Source: Zancudomyces culisetae HAW-14-8 (lineage: Eukaryota; Fungi; Kickxellomycota). From it: 64,000 bases of DNA. Shown here one piece after another: positions 37,353 to 49,223 of this stretch (its first letter is position 1; the number at the start of each line of letters is the position of its first letter). Below the pieces are notes generated by a model, which saw only the letters and a list, made by a program, of their open reading frames with translations, had not been told where the DNA came from and did no database searches. Location: contig JBNJNM010000017.1 in assembly GCA_052426225.1 (NCBI GenBank), positions 1-64,000 of the forward strand, given 5' to 3'. Both the position numbers and the translations under genes were made by a program.

Positions 37353-37970
37353 TCACTGCGATTCTGATTCTTTAGTCGAATCACTTTCTTTTTTATTTGC
37401 ATTTTCTTGCTTATTTGCATTTTCGGCTAGCTCAATCTGTATACGCTCGAATGCACGCGCAATTTTGGCCTGCACATACAATGAACCCCCGTCTTTATAA
37501 TCATTCATTTTAAATAAATATTCATATTTCTATTTTTTATGAGATAAAGTAGATAAAGGTTTCGTCAGCGAGCTACTTTTTGCAGATATATGATACTAAG
37601 TACAGATAAACATTTACCTTTCGGAGTTCTTCCATATTTTCCAAATTTTCAACGTTTAATATTTTCATTGATTCATCGAGAGTAATTCCGGTGGTTCGAG
37701 TTGCCTGATCTTTAGCTAAGTCTTCGGTTTTGGCATTCCCGGCAGCTGCTCGTGCAGCAGCAGAATCTGTAGATTAAAATATAATAAAGTTATGGGCGGT
37801 TCAACATTCAAAGGTATTTATATGAACATTAGACAATCAATCTGTGAATTTCTTTTTCTTTAAGTTTGCTTCTTACTTTCGTTCGCCTGTTTAATTGCAT
37901 CTCTAAATGCTACTCGAAACATTTTTGCCCCGTGAAGTAGCATTTGGGCGATAGCTTTGGGTGCTGACAT
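37353..37970 (-). CDS. PAM16: Mitochondrial import motor J-like subunit Pam16/Tim16 (139 aa, 3 exons)
   Basis: Not in the ORF track. Exons 37970-37877, 37766-37618 and 37529-37353 give MSAPKAIAQMLLHGAKMFRVAFRDAIKQA...GITLDESMKILNV...KYEYLFKMNDYKDGGSLYVQAKIARAFERI. Confidence 0.93.
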
Positions 37971-38923
37971 TTTTACTCAATTCGATGCTTTACGCTTTTA
38001 TTGTTTTATTATTATTATAGAATTCGATGTTTGCAGAAACTCTGTCTTTATCAGAACTTGAAGAGTATCTCTTTTTATTTTGTAGAGTGTTATTATAATT
38101 CATTATGTAACTGGAACTATCTCAAATCAGCTATTAGCTGATCTTGGCTTCCTTGAAAATTGGTGAAAAAAATTTTTTTTTCATTTGTCCAAGAAGTTTT
38201 AAAGGACAAAGGACAAAGGACAAATAGGTATTTTGATTTTCAAAAACTATTGCTCTAAATGTACATGCTAACCACAGATTGACTCGAAAAAACGTGGTGT
38301 GTAGTTGGGGAAGGGGTGTACACAATTATAAAAGGTACAATTTTGGAAATTCATATCAATAGAACCTGCTTGGGAACCTAAGGATGTTTCATAAGAAGCC
38401 TTAAGAAAGCTGGTGAGTAAAAACAGCTTAAAAACTATGGTGTAACAAGTCATAGTACTTAGGTATGATACCAAAATTTTTGAACATGGCGAGCTCCAGT
38501 CACGGTTCTAACGAAGATACTGTCTGTGTATCTATAACGCTTTTTTTGTCTCTATTTGTGTATAGGTCTAAAACCTCCGTCCAAAAAAAAAAAGATTTAT
38601 TTACTAGCTATATCTATAAAACTGAATATAAAGAGTTGCTATCATAGTTACATGGACACATTTCATAAAATTCTAACAGTGCTTAAGACAGGAGAGAATC
38701 CAACACATTTTCCCTGACATTGTCCTCGACACTTGATTTCTATATTCAAATCTATATCTATTATTATTCTTGTGTTGATAGTATGAATATTCTGCTGTGA
38801 TGCGAGTCAGTCTAGAATAATTTTTTTCTCTGAAAATAGAGATAAAGTCACCACCTTTCCGGTTCAATTGTAAGTGTAAATGTGTGTACTAAATAAAAAT
38901 GTAGCTATAAAAGTGCAATAATT

Positions 38924-40364
38924 TTACATCAGGAATTCCGGAGTATTGCCTCGCATTTCTGCGTTGGCGCTACTATTTTTTGGTGGATTTACACCTAAGG
39001 AGGAGGGTTTAAACATTTCAATGCCACCTTTTTTCTCTTCGTTTAAGGTGATTTTTTGCAAATGTTTGATGTACTCAACTGATTGTCTTAGAATAGAACC
39101 CTTGTTGGGTTTTTGGGTTGGATCCTTCATTGATAATGGAAGTAAGGAGTATAACTCTTTTATTTTTTCGTTTATATTTTCTCTCCTTCTCCTCTCAACT
39201 GCATTGTGGCTTTCCCTACGCCTCTGGCGTTTTTCAGTTACCAAGTGCTCTCTATTTTTTTATAGGTATCATTGATTTGTTCTAACATCAATATATCCTT
39301 CTAATACACTAGTCGGGCTTGAATTAATTCTGCTTCATGCAAAAATGTTAAAATACTTTAATACAAAATGCTATAACACCTTACCTCTGGATATCATATG
39401 GATTTTTGCCCTGTTGGGCAATATTTTCATTCATATCACTATTAAACTGTACAGCTGACGTGTTTAGTTTTTTTTTCCCACCGAGTTGGCTGGTCTCTTG
39501 ACTTTGAAGATAACTTGATGCTCTTATTTTTTGATCGTCAGTGGAGAATGACTGTCCATAAAAAAGTGGGCTGGCCACAGGCGATTGCGCCAAAAAGTGC
39601 ATGTTCAGCAAACTGGCTTGCTGCTGCTGCTGCTGTTGCTGTTGTTGTTGCTGTTGCTGTTGCTGTTGTTGGGGGTGTGTATTTTCTAAGCTTTGTTGAT
39701 TGAATCCCACATTATTCTCGCCATTATTTCTATTAGCTGGAAATGCTCGAGTTGCATATCCGCTCATTGCAGATAACTCATAGGAGTCTTCACCTAGTAT
39801 AGGAAATAAGTCTGTTCTTGTTTGTGGAGATCGTAAATCATTGCTAAACGCCTGCTGCTGAATATCTATTCCTGTTGAGTAGCTTAATACGCCTGTGTGT
39901 GTCGGTGCTGGTAAATTCATTGTATGACCACCTTGTGTGTTTTTTTCAGAGAGAACTGAATACGTATCCAAGCTTCTGATGGTATTATCCGCTTTATCCT
40001 TTCCTTTTTTCACTTTATCCCGTCTTTTTACTGTGTGCTGCCGTACTTTTTTTTTATTGTCATGTTGGTACATTTGTGGTGAAGATATTGGAAGGGTTTG
40101 GTATGGAGAGTTTTCCATGTATCCTTGCAGGTACATTTGATTGATATTATTGAAGGTTGATGGGCCCTGATAGCCCACCTCAACATCTCTATTCAAATTT
40201 AAAAACCCCATGGTTGGCGTCTGATATACACCATTATTGTTGCTTTGTTGAAAAATTAATTCTGCAGGGTTAGTTTGGTGCTGGTCATCTTGTTGACCAT
40301 ATCGCTGCTGAACTATATCGTTTTGATTCTGTGATTGTAAATTAGGCGAATTTCCAAAGTCCAT
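38924..40364 (-). CDS. bHLH transcription factor, Rtg3/MiT-TFE/USF-like (~435 aa, 2 exons)
   Basis: Exons 40364-39385 and 39251-38924. Basic region [24 protein letters not shown], helix 2 [21 protein letters not shown]-rich N-terminus with a polyQ tract. Confidence 0.87.
39617..39670 (-). repeat. CAA/CAG polyglutamine tract in the bHLH gene
   Basis: Mixed CAA/CAG run encoding the polyQ stretch. Confidence 0.9.
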
Positions 40365-40894
40365 GGCTAAGTCTTGTCATATTATATCACTTTATTGAAA
40401 GTTCAATGGGTTTGTTTTTTATTCTTACTATCTACAAATATATTCGCACCTTGATAAGGGTAAAGTGTTATGTTGTATTATATCTAGTTAACTACAACTA
40501 TAATTTCCTGTTGCGTAATATCTTTTTATTATATGTTTTTCTTCGTTTATTTTAGAAAAAAAGCCCACTGGAGTATGTACTTTTTGCTCACGTTTAATAG
40601 ATTCTGGCTACCGCAGGTCAACATTTTCCAGCTTGCTTACTGTTGTCTTTTTTCGGTAATATATTCCATAGACACTTTTTATAGGGATAAATAGATCCCT
40701 TCGAAAGACACATTTATCTTCTTCCTGTATAGTACTGGGTTCTGTAAACCAAGAAAAACAAAGTACAGGAAAACAAAATACTAGCATCAATATCTAGACT
40801 CCAAGGAAGCTTGATTTGGTACATTATATTGTTCTAATTTGCCTTATTTTTTTAGTATTACAACAAAAAATAGGCTCCCATATAAATACTTGTA

Positions 40895-41347
40895 CACGTG
40901 AAAATAATTTTTCTTATTTAGAGTTCCCTGTTAGACATACAACGTTGTTTTTTTCACATGCGAAGAAAAGTAATAAGTAAGTTACTATCGATTGTGAACT
41001 AAAAAAAATTCACGATGTTGCCACCACTGGAGTCACCTGTTCTTCTTTCCCGTGTCCTCCCTTTTACAACACTACATTGTTCGACTGAACAATATTTGTG
41101 AGTATAGATTAATCACAAGCTCTTTTATTCATAAGGCTTATCCTGGGTTAATGAACTATGTACTCGCGCCAAAATATTGTTGCCATCTAAACAATCAGTT
41201 TCAATAAACCAGCTAACAGTATTTGGGAAGGGTGGGGTTCGCCGAGGCGTTTTTTGTGGGGAAGATTTACAAAGCCAGGGCAATAAAGTCATCAACCGTT
41301 ATACCGCCACTAGTGTCATGTATATAAAAGGCAAAGCGTGTCACGTG
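40895..41347. promoter_or_regulatory. E-box cluster upstream of the bHLH gene
   Basis: CACGTGA at 40895, TCACATG at 40954 and GTCACGTG at 41340. Confidence 0.35.
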
Positions 41348-43336
41348 CAACCCGGCATACTTTGCATCAAAACAGAGTGAATAAATTCCGGTAATTTGTG
41401 AACAAACCTTTTCTCTGTATTCATTGCTCATTTTATCATTCGATAGTAAACCGGATATATAAAAAAAAATCAGTAACTGCAACAGCTCCCATTTTTATAA
41501 GTCAAAGTGACGGCCAGCGTTCCTTCAAAGATGTTCAACAAGATTCCTAAAGTACGTGGCGTGAGTATTATTTGCTTATTTCATGTCATAAATTGACTTG
41601 AATATCGAATTAGATGATTTACTATCTCTTGCCCACTATATAAAAGTTATTTTAAAAGCAAACTTTGATATCTCATACAAAAGAAGAAAAAAGCGAGATA
41701 GGGCTTGTTTTGTTTAGTGCTCTCCAGTATTTATATTTGTGAAAAATAAGGTTTATATACCATAATGTTTAAAAGTACAACCAGAGTATGTAGTAATTGA
41801 TCTGTGCCTCATTATAGGGCCAGTAATCCGAGTTTAAAATAATACTAGCTATTTACATTAGAACGTGTTAGATCTATCTACAACCATTCCCCCCTATGAC
41901 CTCGCTGCTAAGAGCCATTTTCGATGGGCAAACAATTTTGTATAATTAGGAGTTTTTTTGCTTTAAATGGTGTTTAAGCGGTACCAACACATCATGTTTG
42001 AATAATAATACACACATTTGACTGTTTTATGGCATATAAAGTTAGTGCCATCTAAAAAAAATAGAATAGTTTCTTATTAAGATTTAACTAAGCATAGCCA
42101 ATCTTTTAAGGACAAAATCAATTTTGCTTGCCATATGAAACGAGTTGTAGCAACCGTTATGCATGGCTTTCCTCTCCTCTGTTTTTTTTTTTTTGCATCA
42201 TTTGGGCTCGCTGATTGAAGCGGTGTTGGTTTTTGCATTGAAAATAGGCTAACGGTTTGGATGCTGATGTTTCGAGCAGATATATCGATATCGCATTATA
42301 ATATAATGCGGGGTTTATGACATCATTTTTAACCGCTATATACTGCATATTTGTCAAGTGATATCAAGAAGGTAGAATGTGCGTTAACTCCAAGTACATG
42401 CCATTGATAGTATGTTATATCATAAAACATATTGTTATAGCTTGGTAAGTGTACTCCGTGTAAATGGACTACCGCCTTTTTGAAAGTATTACTAATACGT
42501 GTTTTCTGGATTTTCTTTTCGACATTAATATGAACCATATCAAGGCGATGTGCCCATTTACATCACTTCTTTGGTTCGTATGATGGTATTATCACTGTTG
42601 CCATCCATTGTGTTATATTGTGTGCGTCAATATAATCTAGATTATCAACTACATCTGCAAAAATTGCCGCTGATACCACAAACCCCCTATATAATTTACA
42701 ACTAAATGTAGTTAATCATGTAGTACCATGTGAAGATGATGCTGTATTTTACCCGAGACAACCTAGTCACTACTTGCAGCGGTTTATTCTTGAGATTACA
42801 AAAGTTCACCAAAAAAATGTGGCTATTGCACTAAAAAAACTAACCTGAATTAGCCGTAATTAAAAAATAGGTTGGTGTTTATGTAATGTAAACAAAAATA
42901 GATTTTGTAAACAAAAGCAAGGCAAGTGGATTGGGGGAAAAATAATGAGTGTTGAATGATTAGAGCATCAAAGTTGGTGAATAAAGTTGAGCCTTTGGCT
43001 GAAAATTTTGATGTGTGTAGAACCTTTATAACAATTCTAACCAAACAAAGGGGAGTAAAAAATCTCCTAAAAGTTTTTAAAAAGGTGTTGGAAGCTTGAT
43101 TTTTTTGATGGGATGATGATAATAGGTTAAGGTTTAATATTTATGTAAAAACCAGCGTGACATTTCTATAAAATTAAGGCAGTATCCAGATACTAGAGAG
43201 TGCGATAACAAAAAATATAGAAAATCTGAGAAACCGGGCGACAGACATACCAGCTTCGCTAATGCAATATACAGAGAATATATCTGAGTACAAAGGCGAA
43301 TCAACAAGTGTTAAAAGAGTGAGAGGAAAAGAAAAC

Positions 43337-46300
43337 ATGGAAAGTAAGACGACCTTCACGAAAAAGTTTATTTTTAAACTTGAAAAACAGAGTCATTCAG
43401 AAACGGAAGCAGTAGAAGTCTTTTTATTAGGCGACTTTAAAAATGACTGGGAAAAAATAAAAATGGAAAAATTACAAGTAGATAGCGAGGAAGCTGTTCG
43501 ATCGGAAGGCGTAAAAGATGAAGAAAAAAGTAGCGAAGCAGAAAGTAATATTCACGAAGAAGATGGTAGCGGTCAACTATACTATACAGTAGTAGAAGGG
43601 TTACAATACAACAGAAGATATATGTACAAGTATCAAGTTGGTAATGAGTGGGTGTTGGATGCAAAAGATCCCATCACAACCACAACAGAAGGCTATGTTA
43701 ACAATATACTATATAAGAGCAATGGGACTAGCGATGAAGCTAGCGGCACTGATATATTGGAGGACAGCTCAATAGTGGAGCCAAAATCGGATATACCAAA
43801 GGCTGAAGCCGAGATTAAAGTAGAGGAAAAGGGGGGAGACTGGCGCGCTATGGATGAAAAGCTAGACGAAGTGGGTAAGTAAAACCATTTGTAGTTATTA
43901 ATAAAACCGGTATTCGAATAAAAACAGTTTAAGCAGGAATTTGCACTCTAGCTTTTATTAAAAATAGAAACCTAAAACATTACATAAATATATGTATCTC
44001 GATAGATGGATGCAAAATGAAGAGTGCAGCTGAAAGCCAGGTTACTGAACCGAAAGATGGTAAGTAGTCTAGTTATTACGGGGGTAGCGGTGCATATTAT
44101 TTATGTTATTAAGCGCAACTTTCTTGAACACAAAAAAAATCAATATAATTGGCAAATTTATAGCTGAGGAAGATGGAAAGGAAAGGTTAGAACAGAGCGA
44201 TATGGGACAGGCGAGAAAGATATGTACCATAAATGAAGAAGTAGTAAAAGTTAGTGGTAGTGGCGCCAGCCCAGGAATCCAGGCGGGAGCGGAGGGGTCT
44301 ATGAAATACGAATCTCAAGAGCATGATTCACTGCAAGAAAATAATGCTTTTGGTGTTATCAAGCAAGATCCCGATGGTAAGGCCGAACATCATGCAAATA
44401 AACTTGACAGTTTTGAAATTGAAGGTATGTATAAAGGTCAGGGGGGTTGTAGTATTGGTGTTAACATTGTGAGTATTCCAAGTTACTGCCACAATGTCGA
44501 TTTGGTCTAAAAAAATAAGATAAGCTAACCTTCGAAAATCCAAAAAACAGGGCAAATGTCTGAATCGGGTGGAGTGGTAGAAGAAAAAACGCTACAAATA
44601 CAAGGTAACTGAGTCATTTTAATGTGAAATCTACTATGAATACGAATTACTACATGTAGCTGCATTTGTGATGTATGATATTAAGCTACTTAAAGTTATC
44701 TGAAAGAAGCGAAAAAAGCAATAACCAGAACAATTTAATAAATCCAAATAAGTAGCCAAAAAAGAGAATGAAGCTTCTAGTCATTCCGGGAGTGGCGTGT
44801 TAGAAGGTGATATAAAGAGTAAGATACAAGATAAAAAGTTTAAAGTTGCATATTGTGACTTACAAACAAAAATATTTGGATGAAACCGATGGTAGAGTTT
44901 CTTAGCTCGAAACTATAGCTAAATACAAAATTCAAAAAATAAATATAATCTTGAATAGGCGCATCTATGGGAGTAGAAACATGCAAAAATAAGACTCTAC
45001 TAGTCACAGATAATCCAGCGGAATTAGTATTGGAATGTAGCGCCACTGAAAGCGCGATAAATAATGTGGAGCGCGTGGGCAATCAGGGCACCGTGTCAAA
45101 TGAACAGAGTACTGGTGTCGAAGTCGAAAAAATAGCACAAACAGGTAGAGAACCAGCCGTTGAGACAGTTGCTGAGCCAGTTGTTGAATCAGTTGCTGAG
45201 ACAGTTGTTGAGCCAGTTGTTGAGCCAGTTGCTGAGATAGTTGCTGAGACTGTTGTTGAGCCAGTTACTGAGACAGTTGCTGAACCAGTTGCTGAGACAG
45301 TTGCTGAGACAGTTGTTGAACCAGTTGTCGAACCAGTTACTGAGACAGTTGTTGAACCAGTTGTCGAACCAGTTACTGAGACAGTTGTTGAACCAGTTGT
45401 TGAGCCAGTTGTTGAACCAGTTGCCGAACCAGTTGCTGAGACTGTTGTTGAGCCAGTTGTTGAGCCAGTTGTTGAGACAGTTGTTGAGACAGTTGCTGAG
45501 GCAGTTGTTGAGCCCGTTGTTGAACCAGTCGTTGAGACAGTTGCTGAACCAGTCGTTGAACCAGTTGCTGAGACAGTTGTTGAACCAGTTGTCGAACCAG
45601 TTGCTGAGACAGTTGCTGAGCCAGTTGTTGAACCAGTTGTTGAGGCAGTAGAGGAACCAGTTGCTGAACCAGTTGTTGAGCCAGTTGCTGAGCCAGTTGC
45701 TGAGCCCGTTGTTGAACCAGTCGTTGAGACAGTTGCTGAGATAGTTGCTGAACCAGTCGTTGAACCAGTTGCTGAGGCAGTAGAGGAACCAGTTGCTGAA
45801 CCAGTTGTTGAGACTGCTGCTGAACCAGTTGCTGAACCAGTTGCTGAGACAGTTGCTGAGCCAGTTGCTGAGATAGTTGCTGAACCAGTCGTTGAACCAG
45901 TTGCTGAGGCAGTAGAGGAACCAGTTGCTGAACCAGTTGTTGAGACTGCTGCTGAACCAGTTGCTGAGATAGTTGCTGAACCAGTCGTTGAACCAGTTGC
46001 TGAGGCAGTAGAGGAACCAGTTGTTGAACCAGTTGTTGAGACAGTTGCTGAGGCAGTAGAGGAACCAGTTGCTGAACCAGTTGTTGAGACTGCTGCTGAA
46101 CCAGTTGCTGAACCAGTTGCTGAGACAGTTGCTGAGCCAGTTGTTGAACCAGTTGTTGAGGCAGTAGAGGAACCAGTTGCTGAACCAGTTGTTGAGCCAG
46201 TTGCTGAGCCAGTTGCTGAGCCCGTTGTTGAACCAGTCGTTGAGACAGTTGCTGAGATAGTTGCTGAACCAGTCGTTGAACCAGTTGCTGAGGCAGTAGA

Positions 46301-49223
46301 GGAACCAGTTGTTGAACCAGTTGTTGAACCAGTTGTTGAACCAGTTGTTGAGACAGTTGCTGAGGCAGTAGAGGAACCAGTTGCTGAACCAGTTGTTGAG
46401 ACTGCTGCTGAACCAGTTGCTGAGATAGTTGCTGAACCAGTCGTTGAACCAGTTGCTGAGGCAGTAGAGGAACCAGTTGTTGAACCAGTTGTTGAGACAG
46501 TTGCTGAGGCAGTAGAGGAACCAGTTGCTGAACCAGTTGTTGAGACTGCTGCTGAACCAGTTGCTGAACCAGTTGCTGAGACAGTTGCTGAGCCAGTTGT
46601 TGAACCAGTTGTTGAGGCAGTAGAGGAACCAGTTGCTGAACCAGTTGTTGAGACTGCTGCTGAACCAGTTGCTGAGACAGTTGCTGAGCCAGCTGTTGAG
46701 CCAGTTGTTGAGCCAGTTGTTGAGCCAGTTGTTGAGCCAGTTGTTGAGACTGCTGCTGAACCAGTTGCCGAACCAGTTGTCGAACCAGTTACTGAGACAG
46801 TTGTTGAACCAGTTGTTGAGCCAGTTGTTGAACCAGTTGCCGAACCAGTTGCTGAGACTGTTGTTGAGCCAGTTGCTGAGCCAGCTGTTGAGCCAGTTGT
46901 TGAGCCAGTTGTTGAGCCAGTTGTTGAGCCAGTTGTTGAGCCAGTTGTTGAGACTGCTGCTGAACCAGTTGCCGAACCAGTTGCTGAGCCAGTTGTTGAG
47001 CCAGTTGTTGAGCCAGTTGTTGAGATAGTTGCTGAGCCAGTTGTTGAGCCAGTTGTTGAGCCAGTTGTTGAGATAGTTGCTGAATCAGTTGTTGAGCCAG
47101 TTGTTGAGACAGTTGCTGAGATAGTTGCTGAACCAGTCGTTGAACCAGTTACTGAGACTGTTGTTGAACCAGTTGTTGAACCAGTTGTTGAGCCAGTTGT
47201 TGAGCCAGTTGTTGAGATAGTTGCTGAGCCAGTTGCTGAGACAGTTGTTGAACCAGTTGTTGAGACAGTTGCCGAACCAGTAGAGGAACCAGTAGAGGAA
47301 CCAGTCGTTGAAACTGTTGTTGAGTCAGTTGCTGAGCCAATTGCTGAACCAGTAGAGGAACCAGTAGAGGAACCAGTTGTTGAGCCAGTTGCCGAACCAG
47401 TAGAGGAACCAGTAGAGGAACCAGTCGTTGAAACTGTTGTTGAGTCAGTTGCTGAGCCAATTGCTGAACCAGTAGAGGAACCAGTTGTTGAACCAGTTGT
47501 TGAGACAGTTGCTGAGGCAGTAGAGGAACCAGTTGCTGAACCAGTTGTTGAGACTGCTGCTGAACCAGTTGCTGAACCAGTTGCTGAGACAGTTGCTGAG
47601 CCAGTTGTTGAACCAGTTGTTGAGGCAGTAGAGGAACCAGTTGCTGAACCAGTTGTTGAGCCAGTTGCTGAGCCAGTTGCTGAGCCCGTTGTTGAACCAG
47701 TCGTTGAGACAGTTGCTGAGATAGTTGCTGAACCAGTCGTTGAACCAGTTGCTGAGGCAGTAGAGGAACCAGTTGTTGAACCAGTTGTTGAGACAGTTGC
47801 TGAGGCAGTAGAGGAACCAGTTGCTGAACCAGTTGTTGAGACTGCTGCTGAACCAGTTGCTGAACCAGTTGCTGAGACAGTTGCTGAGCCAGTTGTTGAA
47901 CCAGTTGTTGAGGCAGTAGAGGAACCAGTTGCTGAACCAGTTGTTGAGACAGTTGCTGAACCAGTAGAGGAACCAGTTGTTGAGACTGTTGTTGAACCAG
48001 TCGCTGAGATAGTTGTTGAGACAGTTACTGAGACTGTTGTTGAGCCAGTTGCTGAACCAGTCGTTGAACCAGTTGCTGAGACTGTTGTTGAACCAGTCGC
48101 TGAGATAGTTGTTGAGACAGTTGTTGAATCAGTTGCTGAGACAGTTGCTGAACCAGTCGTTGAGGCAACAAAGGAGCCGATAAGTATCATACCTCTGATG
48201 GATTCATCTATACAACATACCTCTCCCCTCTCCATTAAGGAAGAAGATCAATCAGTAACTGTGATTACAAATGATCCTATACCCTTGGAAACAGCTTTTG
48301 GGACGACCAAAGAGGTATTTGTTAATCTTGAATCTTCTCAAGCTTTATCCAATGCTTCGAAAGTTGATTTCTTGCCTGAGCTTGCTGAGCCTCTAACAAT
48401 TGAACAATCTCCATCTTTCGACCTGGTAAATAAAACGTCTTCGATTTTACATGAAGGTTATTCTGCTCTCTCTGGTACAGCTGAAGGAGAAGATAGCATA
48501 AAGTCGTATGTATCACCCTTTTCTGTTCCATCTAAAGATGGGACCTCAGATCCTGGAAGCAATGCTGAAGTGACCATTAAGCATGTAGCCTCTCCCATCG
48601 ATAAGCTAGAATTTTATCCTGCTTTTAATCCGCTGGTTGCCCCAAAGCTTAAACTTTCTACAGAATTCGCGGCGCAGATGCCGACCTCCAGCCACGCTAG
48701 AAAATCATTTATTGACGTGGCAGCGACTCTTGAAACCGAAAAACTATCTGCTCAGGATCCATTGTTATTGGATGAAGCACATGAAGAGACCAATTTTGTT
48801 GGATCCGCTTATACTCCTTCGAGTCTACCACTAGAAAAAGCAGTATCCCTTCAGGTGTCAGAAAACCAATTATCTATCTCAAAAGATGGTGACGCTAGTA
48901 ACCACGCTCCAGCAAATGAAGAGTTGTCTGACCCACCAGCTAACAATGGTGCTAATGTGTATTCTGATGGTGATCGCGAGATCCCTGTTTCTCAAGAAAA
49001 TTCACTTGCGACCACACCAGATGCTACAGAACTTCATCAAGAACAGTATAATGACACTCCTTCAACTCAACATATGCAACACCAGGGTACTGAAACGAGC
49101 GATGATGTAGACGCAATGGAGTATTCCCCAGCGCCTGGCCCTAGTACTTCGCTAAATGGTATTGAGAATATCAAAACCCGAAGGAGTCGATTCTCGAGTT
49201 TTTTCAAAAGGCTGTTTAGTTAA
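43337..49223 (+). CDS. Crp1/Mdg1-like protein: N-terminal AMPK-beta-type glycogen-binding module (CBM48) + giant EPV[VA] repeat, ~1740 aa, 6 exons
   Basis: CBM motifs VFLLGDFKNDW...YMYKYQVGNEWVLD...GYVNNIL. Exons 43337-43874, 44006-44059, 44164-44424, 44551-44604, 44753-44806 and 44959-49223 join in frame through phase-1 GT-AG introns. C-terminus RRSRFSSFFKRLFS. An in-frame upstream ATG at 43262 is also possible. Confidence 0.75.
45148..48165 (+). repeat. Coding 12-bp minisatellite (GARCCAGTTGYT), ~250 units, with higher-order duplications
   Basis: Directly visible. Encodes EPVV/EPVA/ETVA/EAVE tetrapeptides. Confidence 0.97.

Noticed and set aside
42400-42600. Multicopper oxidase (HLHG), UBA1 or GT2 identity for the interrupted frame
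   Set aside because: Each resemblance is short and they conflict with one another, so none can be supported without a search.
45083-48235. 1050-aa antisense TGST-repeat ORF (and the LLSQ/QQLV frames)
   Set aside because: Shadow of the EPV repeat. A stop in this antisense frame requires a sense codon starting TA or CA (Tyr/His/Gln), and the repeat has none. There is no signal peptide or independent evidence.
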